From IMG/VR virus record IMGVR_UViG_3300020436_000010: 64,000 nucleotides of DNA, one strand, 5' to 3'. Below, piece by piece: positions 29,214 through 39,578 of the stretch; position 1 is the first letter of the stretch, and each line of letters opens with the position of its first letter. A program made the position numbers and the translations under genes. The DNA comes from an uncultured virus (IMG/VR IMGVR_UViG_3300020436_000010) (taxonomy: Duplodnaviria > Heunggongvirae > Uroviricota > Caudoviricetes). The notes below the pieces were generated by a model. It searched no databases. It was not told the origin of the DNA and saw only the letters and a list, made by a program, of their open reading frames with translations.

Positions 29214-31115
29214 TTAGTATGTTGATGATGAAGTAGTTGCGGAAGTCGTTGTACTTGTGCTTGTACTTGTTGTTGTCGATGTAGTTGTTGCGCCTGTATC
29301 AGTGGCGGTTGTAAGGCCAGATTTCACACTTGAAACATCATTCATTGTTATATTTAAATTACTCTCGCTTATCAATACAACCTGTTCTCTAAGTGGTCTC
29401 ACATCTAATTTATCAGGTTTTATGATAATATCTAATGTTGAACCTACATATGCTGAAGGATTAAAAAGATTCAAAGTAACTTCACCTTTTTTATAATCAA
29501 CCGTTCCTTGTTTATCATAAACTATTGTTTTTATTCCATCGACAATTCTGAATACACGAATATCACCATCCTTATCATCAAACTTACAACCAGAACGAGA
29601 AATATTTTCACCGTCTAAAATAGTAAATTCTGTTGATGTCACTGCACCCAAATGCCCTACGTGAGGATAATGTATAGGATTGCTAAATTTAATTGAATAA
29701 TTTAATTTTTCATTGAGAGTTGGATTAATAGATTTCTTGAGTTTCATTGTTACTTCATTACCAACTATGGATGAATTTGTATCATCAATGGCTCTTGTCA
29801 ATCTAGAAACTCTTAATTCTTTTGAGAACTCTTGAAGTTCATTTTGTGAATAAGAGGTTATTGAATCAATCACATCACGTTTTAAAACCGAATCCGTTTT
29901 ACTCGTAAATCGTGCATCGTAATTAACTGTTAAAGTTATTATAGGAAAAATGTAATCAATATCTACAAATTCAGGTGTAATAGAACCAACATTGTATTTG
30001 TTTAAAATATCTCTAATAAAATCTTTAACGGATGTCGTAATTGCTAAACCTGATTTTGGTTTGACACCGATAAAAACCTTTCCATATTGAGGTGGGTCTG
30101 CATTTTCTCCTCCATAAACTATAACCGATTCTGCTTGAGGATATTCTCTTGTAATAATTCTTTTATAATCATTGGATGTAACTGCACGATTTTGCACCTC
30201 ATAATGTCTAGGTGCATTGAATCTTATATTGTCATTGGTTTCTTCATCTGATCCACCGACCGATGAAGATATTGTAGTGACAGTCGCTCCAGAATATCCT
30301 CCAACAGTTGATACTGGTGAAAAAATTCTAGCACCATTACCTAACGTGCCGTTTGTAATATTATATCCGATTATAACTAAATTACCTGTCTTTTCTTTTC
30401 TACCTAAAACACCATCTCCAAATCTTACTTGATACGTGTCATCTGAATCAGGTTCAATGAAAAAAATATTTGAAGTTGAATTAATATTTAAGAGATCTGT
30501 TGCTAAACTGTATGAACTTTGAGTCGTATTTTCCTCACTTTCTTGTAGAATTACAGTTATTGAATCTGTATCAACTCCTCTATTTGGAATTTTGTATTTG
30601 ATTGTCTCATTTGCAGTGTTTGCAACATATCTAAATGTTAATGGTTCTCCTTGCAATAATTTAACGTTTGGAATTGTTATTGTTGAATTACCATTAGCAG
30701 ATGCCGAGTAAGATTTGTCAGTTACGAAAGAAAAAGTAATACCATTTATTTCAGTTTTAAATCTCGTATTTTTTGCTATTGTTATATTTGTAGGACTATC
30801 ATTAGGAGTAACGGATATATTAACATTTGCATAAGAACTTTTTCTTGAGCGTGGAAGATATCCCAACATTTTTGAAAGAGACATTAAAGAGTTTCTATTA
30901 ATAGCACTGTCTATAAACATCTCATTCGCAACCATATTTAAATAAAATGCATTTACATGTGAGTTGTATGCCATCACATCTAACAAAACAGAAAAAGCAG
31001 AACCAGTTGCATCATAATCTGTGAATTCATCTTGAGTTGCTAAATAGTTTTTAAAATTAGTTCTTAATTCTTCAAAATCTAATCCTGTCAATCTCAAGTT
31101 TGATGGGGAAGCCAT
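29214..31115 (-). CDS. gp6: Baseplate wedge subunit (gp6)
   Basis: LDFEEL, FTDYD..GS..SVLLDVMAYN, FGDGVLG, QNRAVT..DY, PPQYGKVFI. Confidence 0.96.
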   Translation of the reverse strand: MASPSNLRLTGLDFEELRTNFKNYLATQDEFTDYDATGSAFSVLLDVMAYNSHVNAFYLNMVANEMFIDSAINRNSLMSLSKMLGYLPRSRKSSYANVNISVTPNDSPTNITIAKNTRFKTEINGITFSFVTDKSYSASANGNSTITIPNVKLLQGEPLTFRYVANTANETIKYKIPNRGVDTDSITVILQESEENTTQSSYSLATDLLNINSTSNIFFIEPDSDDTYQVRFGDGVLGRKEKTGNLVIIGYNITNGTLGNGARIFSPVSTVGGYSGATVTTISSSVGGSDEETNDNIRFNAPRHYEVQNRAVTSNDYKRIITREYPQAESVIVYGGENADPPQYGKVFIGVKPKSGLAITTSVKDFIRDILNKYNVGSITPEFVDIDYIFPIITLTVNYDARFTSKTDSVLKRDVIDSITSYSQNELQEFSKELRVSRLTRAIDDTNSSIVGNEVTMKLKKSINPTLNEKLNYSIKFSNPIHYPHVGHLGAVTSTEFTILDGENISRSGCKFDDKDGDIRVFRIVDGIKTIVYDKQGTVDYKKGEVTLNLFNPSAYVGSTLDIIIKPDKLDVRPLREQVVLISESNLNITMNDVSSVKSGLTTATDTGATTTSTTTSTSTSTTTSATTSSSTY

Positions 31116-31118
31116 AAA

Positions 31119-31604
31119 TTATCCTCGATTTGTTTCTAAAAAAGTCGTAAAAGTTACCGCTTGATCACTTCCTTTTATAGCAAAAACAATTGATATATCA
31201 TAACCTAATCCATCTCTTTCAGATTTTACACTCACTGTTTTCAATATTGCTCTTTTTTCATAATTTTTTATTGTCTCGCTTATAAGTTCTTTTATCCGTA
31301 ACTCTGTTATTTGATTTGAAGGTTCAAACAATAATTTTGTCAGATCACAACCAATATCAGGTCTCATATATCTTTCAAATTTATTAGTTCGAATTAAATT
31401 TTTTATTGATTGCTTTACTGCATTATCGCCTCTTAACATTGCAATGTCATTTGTATTTGGATTTTTGTTAAATTTAACACCAAAGTCTGTATATTGAGTT
31501 GCTTTTAATTTCTTTTTAAGATAATCTCTTGCAACATCATCAAATGAATTGTATTTGTCACTTTGCGAAATATAATATTGTCTTGTTGTATCTTCGGTAG
31601 CCAT
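31119..31604 (-). CDS. gp25: Baseplate wedge subunit (gp25)
   Basis: AVKQSIKNLIRT..ER..RP.IG..L..LLFEP. Confidence 0.92.
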   Translation of the reverse strand: MATEDTTRQYYISQSDKYNSFDDVARDYLKKKLKATQYTDFGVKFNKNPNTNDIAMLRGDNAVKQSIKNLIRTNKFERYMRPDIGCDLTKLLFEPSNQITELRIKELISETIKNYEKRAILKTVSVKSERDGLGYDISIVFAIKGSDQAVTFTTFLETNRG

Positions 31605-31609
31605 ATTAT

Positions 31610-31617
31610 TATTTATT
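31610..31617 (-). promoter_or_regulatory. Late promoter-like AATAAATA
   Basis: 5 nt upstream of the gp25 ATG. Confidence 0.55.
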
Positions 31618-31888
31618 ATGAAAGTGTGCCAATGGCAACACCTTTAACAGTTGCGGGTGCAGTTATTGCTCCAGGTATTGGTCCTGGAGAAAAAGCACTT
31701 GAATTTACCCCTCCATTTGCAGTGCATACGTCAATTAAAGTATTGACTGTTGCACCTCTATAATAAGTAAAAATTGCGTTTGCAATTGCCTCTGCCACTC
31801 TTCTTTGAGATTGTTTAGAAGGATCTGATTGAGAAATTTTAAATGCGTTTTCTAAATCTAATGCCAATTTTGCTTTATTGAATGCCAT
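31616..31888 (-). CDS. Small hypothetical baseplate-region protein (paralogue A)
   Basis: 90 aa; similar to its neighbour (SQ.DPS.QSQR..A..(I/L)ANAI....RGATV). Confidence 0.8.
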   Translation of the reverse strand: MAFNKAKLALDLENAFKISQSDPSKQSQRRVAEAIANAIFTYYRGATVNTLIDVCTANGGVNSSAFSPGPIPGAITAPATVKGVAIGTLS

Positions 31889-32145
31889 TAACTTATACCA
31901 ACGTTTGGTGCTCCTGTCCCTGCGCCTTTAACTATTGCTCCACTAACTGGTCCTGACGGAGTGCAAACCCCACCAGTTGCAGTGCCAGTGACTTCAGTAG
32001 TTACAGTTGCACCTCTGACAAAAACATCAATTGCATTTGCGAGATCCTGAGCCATTTTTCTTTGAGACTGAACTGAAGGATCTAATTGTGAAACTTTCAT
32101 TGCCGCCTCTATTTGATTTGTTAATAACGTTAGATTTAATGCCAT
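31888..32145 (-). CDS. Small hypothetical baseplate-region protein (paralogue B), 85 aa
   Basis: Start moved to the ATG at 32145 (MALNLTLLT), which has an AGGAG RBS; paralogous to 31616-31888. Confidence 0.8.
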   Translation of the reverse strand: MALNLTLLTNQIEAAMKVSQLDPSVQSQRKMAQDLANAIDVFVRGATVTTEVTGTATGGVCTPSGPVSGAIVKGAGTGAPNVGIS

Positions 32146-32153
32146 TGTTCTCC

Positions 32154-35100
32154 TTATGATGCAGTTGTAAAAGATCCAAATTCTTGTGCGCCAGATATGG
32201 TTCGACCACCTTCGTTTTGACCGCCTGTATTTGCTTTGACATAAAATCTCGTACCTGAACTCAAGGCGGCATTGGGCACTGCTATGATTTGATTTCCATG
32301 TGTCCCTGTTTTTGATAAAGTACATGCTACCACGGAACCAAAAGCAGAATCATTGTCAATTAAAATTTCATTACCAGTGCTGGCTGCAAAGTGTGATAAA
32401 TTAATCGATTCATTAAAATGAAATATAATTGGTGAATTAACTGATGCGTTTGAAGTTTTGCTTGAATTGTCACTTGTACCCAATCTAACTTCAGAACCGT
32501 CTTGATTAAAAACTGATGCATTTATACCTGCAAAAGTTTGACCAGTTTGTACATTAGCATAACTCGAAGTCTGTACTGATGCTAAATTTGCACCACCTTT
32601 GGTCTTAGCATCTCTCGTGATTCTTACATAATGTAAGTCACCTTGTGTAAGATTCAATGATGTATTTGCTAATATTGTAGGTCTAAATTCAAATTTTGTT
32701 CCATTCTCACTGATAGTCGGATTTGATTCTAGTGGTACGCAGTTTGTAAAACTAGAATCTTTTGAAAAAATAATTGTATGATCTGAAGTTACTTGTGAAT
32801 CTGTCGAATTGACAACAATTGTATCAACGTTCATTGTTTGATTAAATTTAACAATCACATTAGAAAATCTTGAAATGTTTGTTCTATTTGAATCTAGAGT
32901 TACTATAGTATCATCTGCCTGTCTCATTGAAACGGTAGCACTTAGACCTTGTGTCGTAGTTGTAATACCTGCATTACTGACTGCGGTCATGCTTCCTTTG
33001 ACACCAGATGTCACTCCAGTTAATATGCCATCAGTAGTATCAAACGCAATATCTGTATTTGAATGTCTCATCGTCAATTTTGCAGTAGCATCATTATATG
33101 ATATGACTACACCAGAGGCGGCTTGAGTAATAGTAGCATTTGATGTTGTTATTGTTGAACCTGAAGTAAGACCTGTCAAAATTTCTCCAGGAATAAATTC
33201 TTTAACAGTGCCATCTTCACTCGTAGTTTCTGTATATTCTATCGATGTTAATGTTCCACTACCAGGAACATGTGCCCTCAAAATTCCTTTTGCTAAAGAC
33301 GTAGTACCTAAAAAAGTTTCATTAAGAGTGACGGCCGCACTGTTGGTAGTAACGGTAGCGGTTCTTGTTCCAATTGCAGTTTCATTAGCAATAAAATCTC
33401 CAGTGGCACTATCAATTGTAAATACTTTTATTGATGAGACATTATCATTTTCAAGAAAATTTTTATTAGCAGAATCGTCTGCAACACCAGTTGTAACTTT
33501 TATTAAATAATTTGTCGTTTCTGAAAGATTTGCACTGGGTGCAAAAGTGAAAGTATCGTTATTTTCCGAAGTCGTAGTAATAGTTGGCTGTGCTGACATC
33601 TGAACTACTGTTTCAAAATCATCAGATGATACCTGAATACTACCAAAAGGATCTGTATTTGTTGAATTAACATTAACTGTAGCAATATTCATACTCTCAT
33701 TAAACTGAACGATGAATGAATCACCCCCTAAATTTGTTGCTAACGAATCTAAATCTTCTGGGCTTGTTATCTCTGATGCATTTGAACTGTCAATAACACT
33801 AGACCCTAAAGAAATTTTTCTTATTCTTGGTGCTATATTATCTACAAAGACTAATTCTTTTCCTGTTGCGGGATTAAAACTTTTTGTACCGGTAGAGAAT
33901 GTGTTTGTTGTTATGAAGTCTAAATCTGTATTTGTGCCGCCTAGATCTTGAGCAGATGTTTTCACTTTTACTTTATAAGATTTACCACGCAATAATACCT
34001 CTGGTACTATTGTAAATAAAGAATTACCTGTATTTGCTGATATAGATTTACAATTCACTAAACCTGTTGATGTGGCAAAATTATCCTCTGACAATTGAAC
34101 AGTTGCTAAAGTTTTATTATAACCAGAAGTTGTTGATGTACCATTTGCATAAATGAAATGAGTAGCATTTGCTACACTTATTGTGCTTGTATTCATTGAT
34201 TGACTGAATCTTACTTGAAAGGCGGTTGCTTGAGCGGTAGGACTTGATCCAGTTTTTATTTGTATTCTATCTGTATCTGGTGTCGCTGGTGATCTAGGTT
34301 CGTTTGAGACTTCATATGTAAAAGTAAAAGAATCTACTATTGTTTGAACTGTTGTAGTTTTGTTATAATCTGATTGCGAACAATTTTCTATTTTTATTGT
34401 GTCACCCACATTCAAAGCATGTATTGAATTTGTCAATACTGTAGCAGAAGATCCACTCCTTGTTATTTCTACTACCTCTAAAGTTCTTGTAATCGCATCA
34501 TCTGCATCTGGTTCGAAATCTGTAATTGTTGGTGCAGAAGTATTAAATGGATGCACATTATGACTAGGATTTGTGTTAGCCTTCACAAACATTGTTATAT
34601 CATCTTGTTTTAAAATAATATTATTTGCAAAATTATCTGTACCTTGAATAATATTTGATTCAGATCCTGTAACTGGAACATAACTTAATTGATTTTCAGA
34701 TTGATTGAAACGAATACTTTTTGCATAATTTGTAGTTTCTGTAGTAGGTAAAAATTGTATTATCTCTTTATTAAATTCTAAATCTTGAAAATTTTTGGTA
34801 GGATTTGAAATCGCTTTTATTTGTATATTGGTCGATCTGGCAGTTGTTACAATTTCATCGTCTGCTGAAAAATCTACATAAAAATTTATTCGACCAGCAG
34901 TACCATCTGAAGTATCAATACCATCAAGTGTGATTGTATTAGTGCCTACACTTGCAATACTATATGTTCTTTTGCTAAGACCGAACCCACTCACAACGTC
35001 ATAAACTGTGATTTTATTATCTGAAAACAGGCCGTGATCGATTGCAGTTGTTATAACACAAGGGTTGGCCGCAGTAAAAGCAACATTTATAAAATAGCAT

Positions 35101-35810
35101 CCAGGATTCAATTCATAATTTATTCTTGAAATTTTTTCATGCTCAAGAATTGTAGCAACTGGTAAATTTCTAGCACTCTTTTTTATTTGCTCACCCGATT
35201 CAAATTTCAATTCGTTTTCAATAGGTAGATTAATGATAGAACCTTTAAATGGTTTTTCACTCAAAAATACACTTCTAGTATTATCAGTTACGAACCCTGT
35301 GCCTACAGTAAAAACTGTCTGTTTTCCATCATCATCTTGTACGTCAGTTGTGATATTGAATACATACGTTGAATTGCTTGACAATTTTGTTACAGGTGAG
35401 ATTGAAAATGTTGAATTTGCATTCGAAACTTCAGGTGCATTTAACATTTCAACTTCTATGGTAGCCGTTTCATCCTTTATCAATGCTCCTGTTGATGCAG
35501 TCTCAACAAAATTTGGTTTTGTAGTTTGTTTTTTTAATCTTAGACCAAGTGAATCTGCATCTGAACCTAAACCATTATCGCCAATACAAGATAATTGTAT
35601 TGATCCTCTTTTACCTCTCTCACTTGTTTCAATATCTGTATTATTTGTAAAAACTGATACTGTTTCGACATCTATTGGTGCGTTAAAACTTACTGCAAAA
35701 TCAGTGTCAATAGGTACAAAAATAGAATTTGATTCAAAATCATCTGAACTTATTTCATCTACATTATAACCATCCGCAGATGAATCTATTGTTTTTCTGT
35801 TAAATGCCAT
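32154..35810 (-). CDS. Large multi-Ig-like (Big_5-type) domain protein, 1218 aa
   Basis: Repeated V.FS/N..M...TI...F...P...L....Y...(V/I)T units. Confidence 0.8.
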   Translation of the reverse strand: MAFNRKTIDSSADGYNVDEISSDDFESNSIFVPIDTDFAVSFNAPIDVETVSVFTNNTDIETSERGKRGSIQLSCIGDNGLGSDADSLGLRLKKQTTKPNFVETASTGALIKDETATIEVEMLNAPEVSNANSTFSISPVTKLSSNSTYVFNITTDVQDDDGKQTVFTVGTGFVTDNTRSVFLSEKPFKGSIINLPIENELKFESGEQIKKSARNLPVATILEHEKISRINYELNPGCYFINVAFTAANPCVITTAIDHGLFSDNKITVYDVVSGFGLSKRTYSIASVGTNTITLDGIDTSDGTAGRINFYVDFSADDEIVTTARSTNIQIKAISNPTKNFQDLEFNKEIIQFLPTTETTNYAKSIRFNQSENQLSYVPVTGSESNIIQGTDNFANNIILKQDDITMFVKANTNPSHNVHPFNTSAPTITDFEPDADDAITRTLEVVEITRSGSSATVLTNSIHALNVGDTIKIENCSQSDYNKTTTVQTIVDSFTFTYEVSNEPRSPATPDTDRIQIKTGSSPTAQATAFQVRFSQSMNTSTISVANATHFIYANGTSTTSGYNKTLATVQLSEDNFATSTGLVNCKSISANTGNSLFTIVPEVLLRGKSYKVKVKTSAQDLGGTNTDLDFITTNTFSTGTKSFNPATGKELVFVDNIAPRIRKISLGSSVIDSSNASEITSPEDLDSLATNLGGDSFIVQFNESMNIATVNVNSTNTDPFGSIQVSSDDFETVVQMSAQPTITTTSENNDTFTFAPSANLSETTNYLIKVTTGVADDSANKNFLENDNVSSIKVFTIDSATGDFIANETAIGTRTATVTTNSAAVTLNETFLGTTSLAKGILRAHVPGSGTLTSIEYTETTSEDGTVKEFIPGEILTGLTSGSTITTSNATITQAASGVVISYNDATAKLTMRHSNTDIAFDTTDGILTGVTSGVKGSMTAVSNAGITTTTQGLSATVSMRQADDTIVTLDSNRTNISRFSNVIVKFNQTMNVDTIVVNSTDSQVTSDHTIIFSKDSSFTNCVPLESNPTISENGTKFEFRPTILANTSLNLTQGDLHYVRITRDAKTKGGANLASVQTSSYANVQTGQTFAGINASVFNQDGSEVRLGTSDNSSKTSNASVNSPIIFHFNESINLSHFAASTGNEILIDNDSAFGSVVACTLSKTGTHGNQIIAVPNAALSSGTRFYVKANTGGQNEGGRTISGAQEFGSFTTAS

Positions 35811-38800
35811 TATAGTAATCCAATATCAGAAATTTGAGTTGCGGCAGTCTTAAAACCTGTTCCTAATTCAAACTCTTCTTTAAGCAATTGATTTCCAGTA
35901 TTTAAAACCGTTGTTAATATTTTCAATTTGTAATTGGTCAGTGATTCCAAATTTTCTTGTGGCTTAACAATTATTGCATTGACAACTTGTATTTCGTTAT
36001 CATTTATCGTGATCGTTTCACGAACAGGTTGAATTGCAAAAGATAAAGGTGTAGCAGTTTGAAAATTATCTTTAGAAAGTATAACGTTACCAAGAGATAC
36101 GTCATCAGTTCTTGCCGTAAAAACTGAACCGTATTGAATATCAACGTCAAAAATAAAGTCATTATTTTTTGCATCTTTTATTTTTTGTTTTTCCTCTGGT
36201 GTCAATATTGAACTTTGATTCTTAAATAGAATTTTTATCTGTGTATTTTTTCTAACATTTTCAGCAGAATTTGCATCAATGAATACATTGTCATTTTCTT
36301 CCCCAATTTGTTGTACTTGAATTTTATCTACGAGTGGTTGAACATTTTCTAGTAATGAATTTACTTCTGCAAAATCAATACCCCCATCTCCTGCACCGTC
36401 TGTTGATGTCAGTGGTTGAGGATTTTCTTTTTCTTCTGTTTTCTTCAAACCGCTTGTTAATAAAAACTTCTCTAACAACTTTGTATCATTACCTTGTGCG
36501 TAAAAAACAAATCCGCCACTATATTTTAGTGAATCTAAATCAGACCACGAAAGTAATTGATCTCCGACTGACTCTGGATTTTCTTTTGCTATCAATTTAA
36601 GAACTTCACTTGTGATTGTCTCTTGAGCACCTGTTATAGGATTTTGTCTTCTGTTAGTAACTGACACAGGCTCTAAAGAAAATTCTTTCACAGGTTCTAA
36701 ATTTACATTTTTTATTTTTGCACCTGAAAGTCTTTTCTTAAAACCTGCAACACCATCATTTCCTGAAAAACTTGCACTGTACAATCCTGCTTTATCTAGA
36801 CCTGATGCTAAAAATTGTAAAAGATTTTGAATATCTTGATTAAGTTGTTTAAGATCTCTGACTAATTTTTCAAAATATTCGATCCACTTGTTTATATCTT
36901 CTAAAGCCCCTCCTGCTAAATCCTTTGCAAACTCTAACTTATTTACAATGGCATCTATTACTTCACCATAAATTGGAAATAAATCTTGTATTCTTGTAAA
37001 TTTCCAATTCGGTATTGATGATCTTGCACCATCTATTTTCATAAGTGTAAATGGTGTCGCTAAAGTTGCATTAGTCTGAACACCTGTGACTTGTGATCCA
37101 TCATCTGGAACTTTAATATTTTCTTTTGGGTAAGGTTCAATATCTCCAGTTTTTGTGAGTCTTCCAATTTCAATTGTTATCTCTTTCATTTCTCGATATA
37201 CAATCGTTTTTGATGATTTATTTTTTTCATACGGAATAAATAATTGCGTTTTTATATCTTGTTTTTCAATATCTTTACCACCAATTTTTACTTTTTTAAT
37301 TACTGGAGTCACACCAACACCAGGAAATACAGACCAACTCAATCTATCAAAAGGATTTACAGGTATATCAAATTCACTTACAGGTGCGGTCGTTAAAAAA
37401 TTATGAAGAATAGGAGAACCAACTGTCAAATTTTCAACAAAATTTTCCATAGTCATTTGAAAAGACGGTTTGTTTAAAGATTTTTCATCTTTATAAATGT
37501 CTATAGTTTCTCCGTATTGTATTACTTCATCATTAACAGGTAAAACTGTAAATAATGTATCTGTACCACTAACGATTGAGGCCTTAAACTTTATTGCAGG
37601 TTGTGTCTGAGGCACATCAGGATTTGCTGGAGCAAACATAGGAAATTCAAGTGATTCTCTAGCACCAGATAAACCTTGACCAGTTTTCAAAACTCCAAAA
37701 GTATCTAATTTTTTTCCATCTAAAGCAATGATCGGTGGCACATTGATTGTCTGTTGTGGTGAGGTTGTACTTGGTCTTATCGCACCTCTTACTTTTCTAA
37801 CTTTAACTTTATTTGATATAACCTGTCCATCCTGAACAATAATTTGAGAATGACTTACAACTTCAGCAGTAAAATCATTAAAAACATGACCCTGTTGTAT
37901 TATTTGTTCAGGTTCAAAAAATGGAATAGTAACACCGTTGTGTCTGTTATTTCTTGGAGTAAATATTTTTTGTTCAGTAATTGCAGAAAGATCACGTTTA
38001 GAAGTTTCGTCTAATGAATAATATTTCTTTTTTAATGTTGTGTTATCTAATGAAATATTTTCTTTTCTTTTTTCTAAAGCATTTCTTTTTGCTTCTAATT
38101 GAGATCCCTTTTCTAATGATTTATTATATGCTTCTTTTAGATTTTGACTTTTAGCGATTTCTTGAGTGTATTTTCTTCCAAATTCTTGTTGTATAATAAA
38201 TTGCTCTCTATAGTTTTTTTGAGCCGTTGTCTTTAAACCAGACAATCTCGCTATTTCTTGCTCTACACTAATTGCATCAGGTGTTGATAATAGATCCTGT
38301 TGTAATTCGAGTATTCTACTACTATAATTTGCTATTTCAGAACCATATTCTTGAAATTTTATTTTTGCATCATCTATAATACCTTTTAATCTACTTGCTT
38401 CTTGTGTCGCATCGTCTGCTATTCCTGAATCAACTATATTTTCAGATATTTCATTAGATAAATTTAATAACTCATTATCCACTTGAACAGTTGCCTCACC
38501 CATGGCAATATCAATTTCTTTTTCAATACCAGATATAACAAGAGGATGTCCTAACTCTATTTCAGTTATCTTATCGTCCTGTAAGTCTGGAATATTTCTA
38601 AGAAAATTTGTGAAAAATTTTAGCAAAGCGTTTATCATATCACGTAAAGCATGATGCGTAGGTAAAGCAAAAAACCCTACAAATGCTACATAATCACCAG
38701 AACCTACTGGTCTTGCTGGATCATTTGAATCACTAAAAGAACTATTTACCTCTGAAACAAATTGTGCAGGAGTAAGTGTTCTTATTTTAAAAGATTCATT

Positions 38801-39427
38801 AAGTGAGTTGATAACTCTTTTTGCGGCATCATCACCTTCTTCCCATTCTTTTGGATTAAGATAATTATAAATTGTATTCAGTGTATTATTAACCCATTCA
38901 TCATCAAGACTTTTTGTTGAAATTACCTCATTATCTTCAATTGTTATATTTTCATAAGCACTAAAATTAAAACTAATACCAGTTTGTTGAAATAATTGAT
39001 CCCTATCACCAATAACATTAATAGTTTCAAATTCATTTTTTGAAGGATTCCATCTTAATTTTTCAGGATTTATCTCATTCAATGATGCGATCATTGCTTC
39101 GATTGCCTGTAATGCCTGAGTTGTATCAATGCCAGACTCTACTTGTCCTGATTCCCATGGCCAAACTGTTAATGTTCCGAAACCAATGTTTTTAAGATCT
39201 TCAATCGCCTCTATCAATTGATCAATAGCAGGTATGAGAATCAATGCAATTGGATCTGCAACAGATCTTAAAAATACTTTTGTAATATTAAGAAATTGTA
39301 TTAGCGTACCTAAACCACCAGAAACATCACCTGCAAATGTTGCGATATTTGTCAATACTGCATTTAAAATGGGATCATTTTGCTGAAAGAGTTTAGCCTG
39401 ATCGAATTCTACTGGTGCATCAGCCAT
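35810..39427 (-). CDS. Large hypothetical protein (hydrophobic/amphipathic N-terminus, coiled coil, C-terminal Ig-like domain), 1205 aa
   Basis: Long ORF in the gp5-gp25 operon. Confidence 0.8.
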   Translation of the reverse strand: MADAPVEFDQAKLFQQNDPILNAVLTNIATFAGDVSGGLGTLIQFLNITKVFLRSVADPIALILIPAIDQLIEAIEDLKNIGFGTLTVWPWESGQVESGIDTTQALQAIEAMIASLNEINPEKLRWNPSKNEFETINVIGDRDQLFQQTGISFNFSAYENITIEDNEVISTKSLDDEWVNNTLNTIYNYLNPKEWEEGDDAAKRVINSLNESFKIRTLTPAQFVSEVNSSFSDSNDPARPVGSGDYVAFVGFFALPTHHALRDMINALLKFFTNFLRNIPDLQDDKITEIELGHPLVISGIEKEIDIAMGEATVQVDNELLNLSNEISENIVDSGIADDATQEASRLKGIIDDAKIKFQEYGSEIANYSSRILELQQDLLSTPDAISVEQEIARLSGLKTTAQKNYREQFIIQQEFGRKYTQEIAKSQNLKEAYNKSLEKGSQLEAKRNALEKRKENISLDNTTLKKKYYSLDETSKRDLSAITEQKIFTPRNNRHNGVTIPFFEPEQIIQQGHVFNDFTAEVVSHSQIIVQDGQVISNKVKVRKVRGAIRPSTTSPQQTINVPPIIALDGKKLDTFGVLKTGQGLSGARESLEFPMFAPANPDVPQTQPAIKFKASIVSGTDTLFTVLPVNDEVIQYGETIDIYKDEKSLNKPSFQMTMENFVENLTVGSPILHNFLTTAPVSEFDIPVNPFDRLSWSVFPGVGVTPVIKKVKIGGKDIEKQDIKTQLFIPYEKNKSSKTIVYREMKEITIEIGRLTKTGDIEPYPKENIKVPDDGSQVTGVQTNATLATPFTLMKIDGARSSIPNWKFTRIQDLFPIYGEVIDAIVNKLEFAKDLAGGALEDINKWIEYFEKLVRDLKQLNQDIQNLLQFLASGLDKAGLYSASFSGNDGVAGFKKRLSGAKIKNVNLEPVKEFSLEPVSVTNRRQNPITGAQETITSEVLKLIAKENPESVGDQLLSWSDLDSLKYSGGFVFYAQGNDTKLLEKFLLTSGLKKTEEKENPQPLTSTDGAGDGGIDFAEVNSLLENVQPLVDKIQVQQIGEENDNVFIDANSAENVRKNTQIKILFKNQSSILTPEEKQKIKDAKNNDFIFDVDIQYGSVFTARTDDVSLGNVILSKDNFQTATPLSFAIQPVRETITINDNEIQVVNAIIVKPQENLESLTNYKLKILTTVLNTGNQLLKEEFELGTGFKTAATQISDIGLL

Positions 39428-39578
39428 TTAATATTTCATCCCTTTGAGTTTTCAATTCTTCTAATTTTGTTTCTAGATACTCTAAGTATTTAACATTGAA
39501 ATCGATTGTCTTTTTCAAAACATTTTCTAATTGCTTGTTTCTTATATTTTGTTCTTCAAATATAACGTCTTCTGTCAT
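39420..39578 (-). CDS. Small 52-aa coiled-coil hypothetical protein (not in ORF track)
   Basis: MTEDVIFEEQNIRNKQLENVLKKTIDFNVKYLEYLETKLEELKTQRDEILNG*; ATGA overlap with the gp5 stop and overlap with the next start. Confidence 0.7.
   Translation of the reverse strand: MTEDVIFEEQNIRNKQLENVLKKTIDFNVKYLEYLETKLEELKTQRDEILNG

Noticed and set aside
32146..32325. N-terminal extension of the 145-aa ORF, and ORF 32027-32242
   Set aside because: Overlaps the 1218-aa gene; RBS and paralogy support the start at 32145
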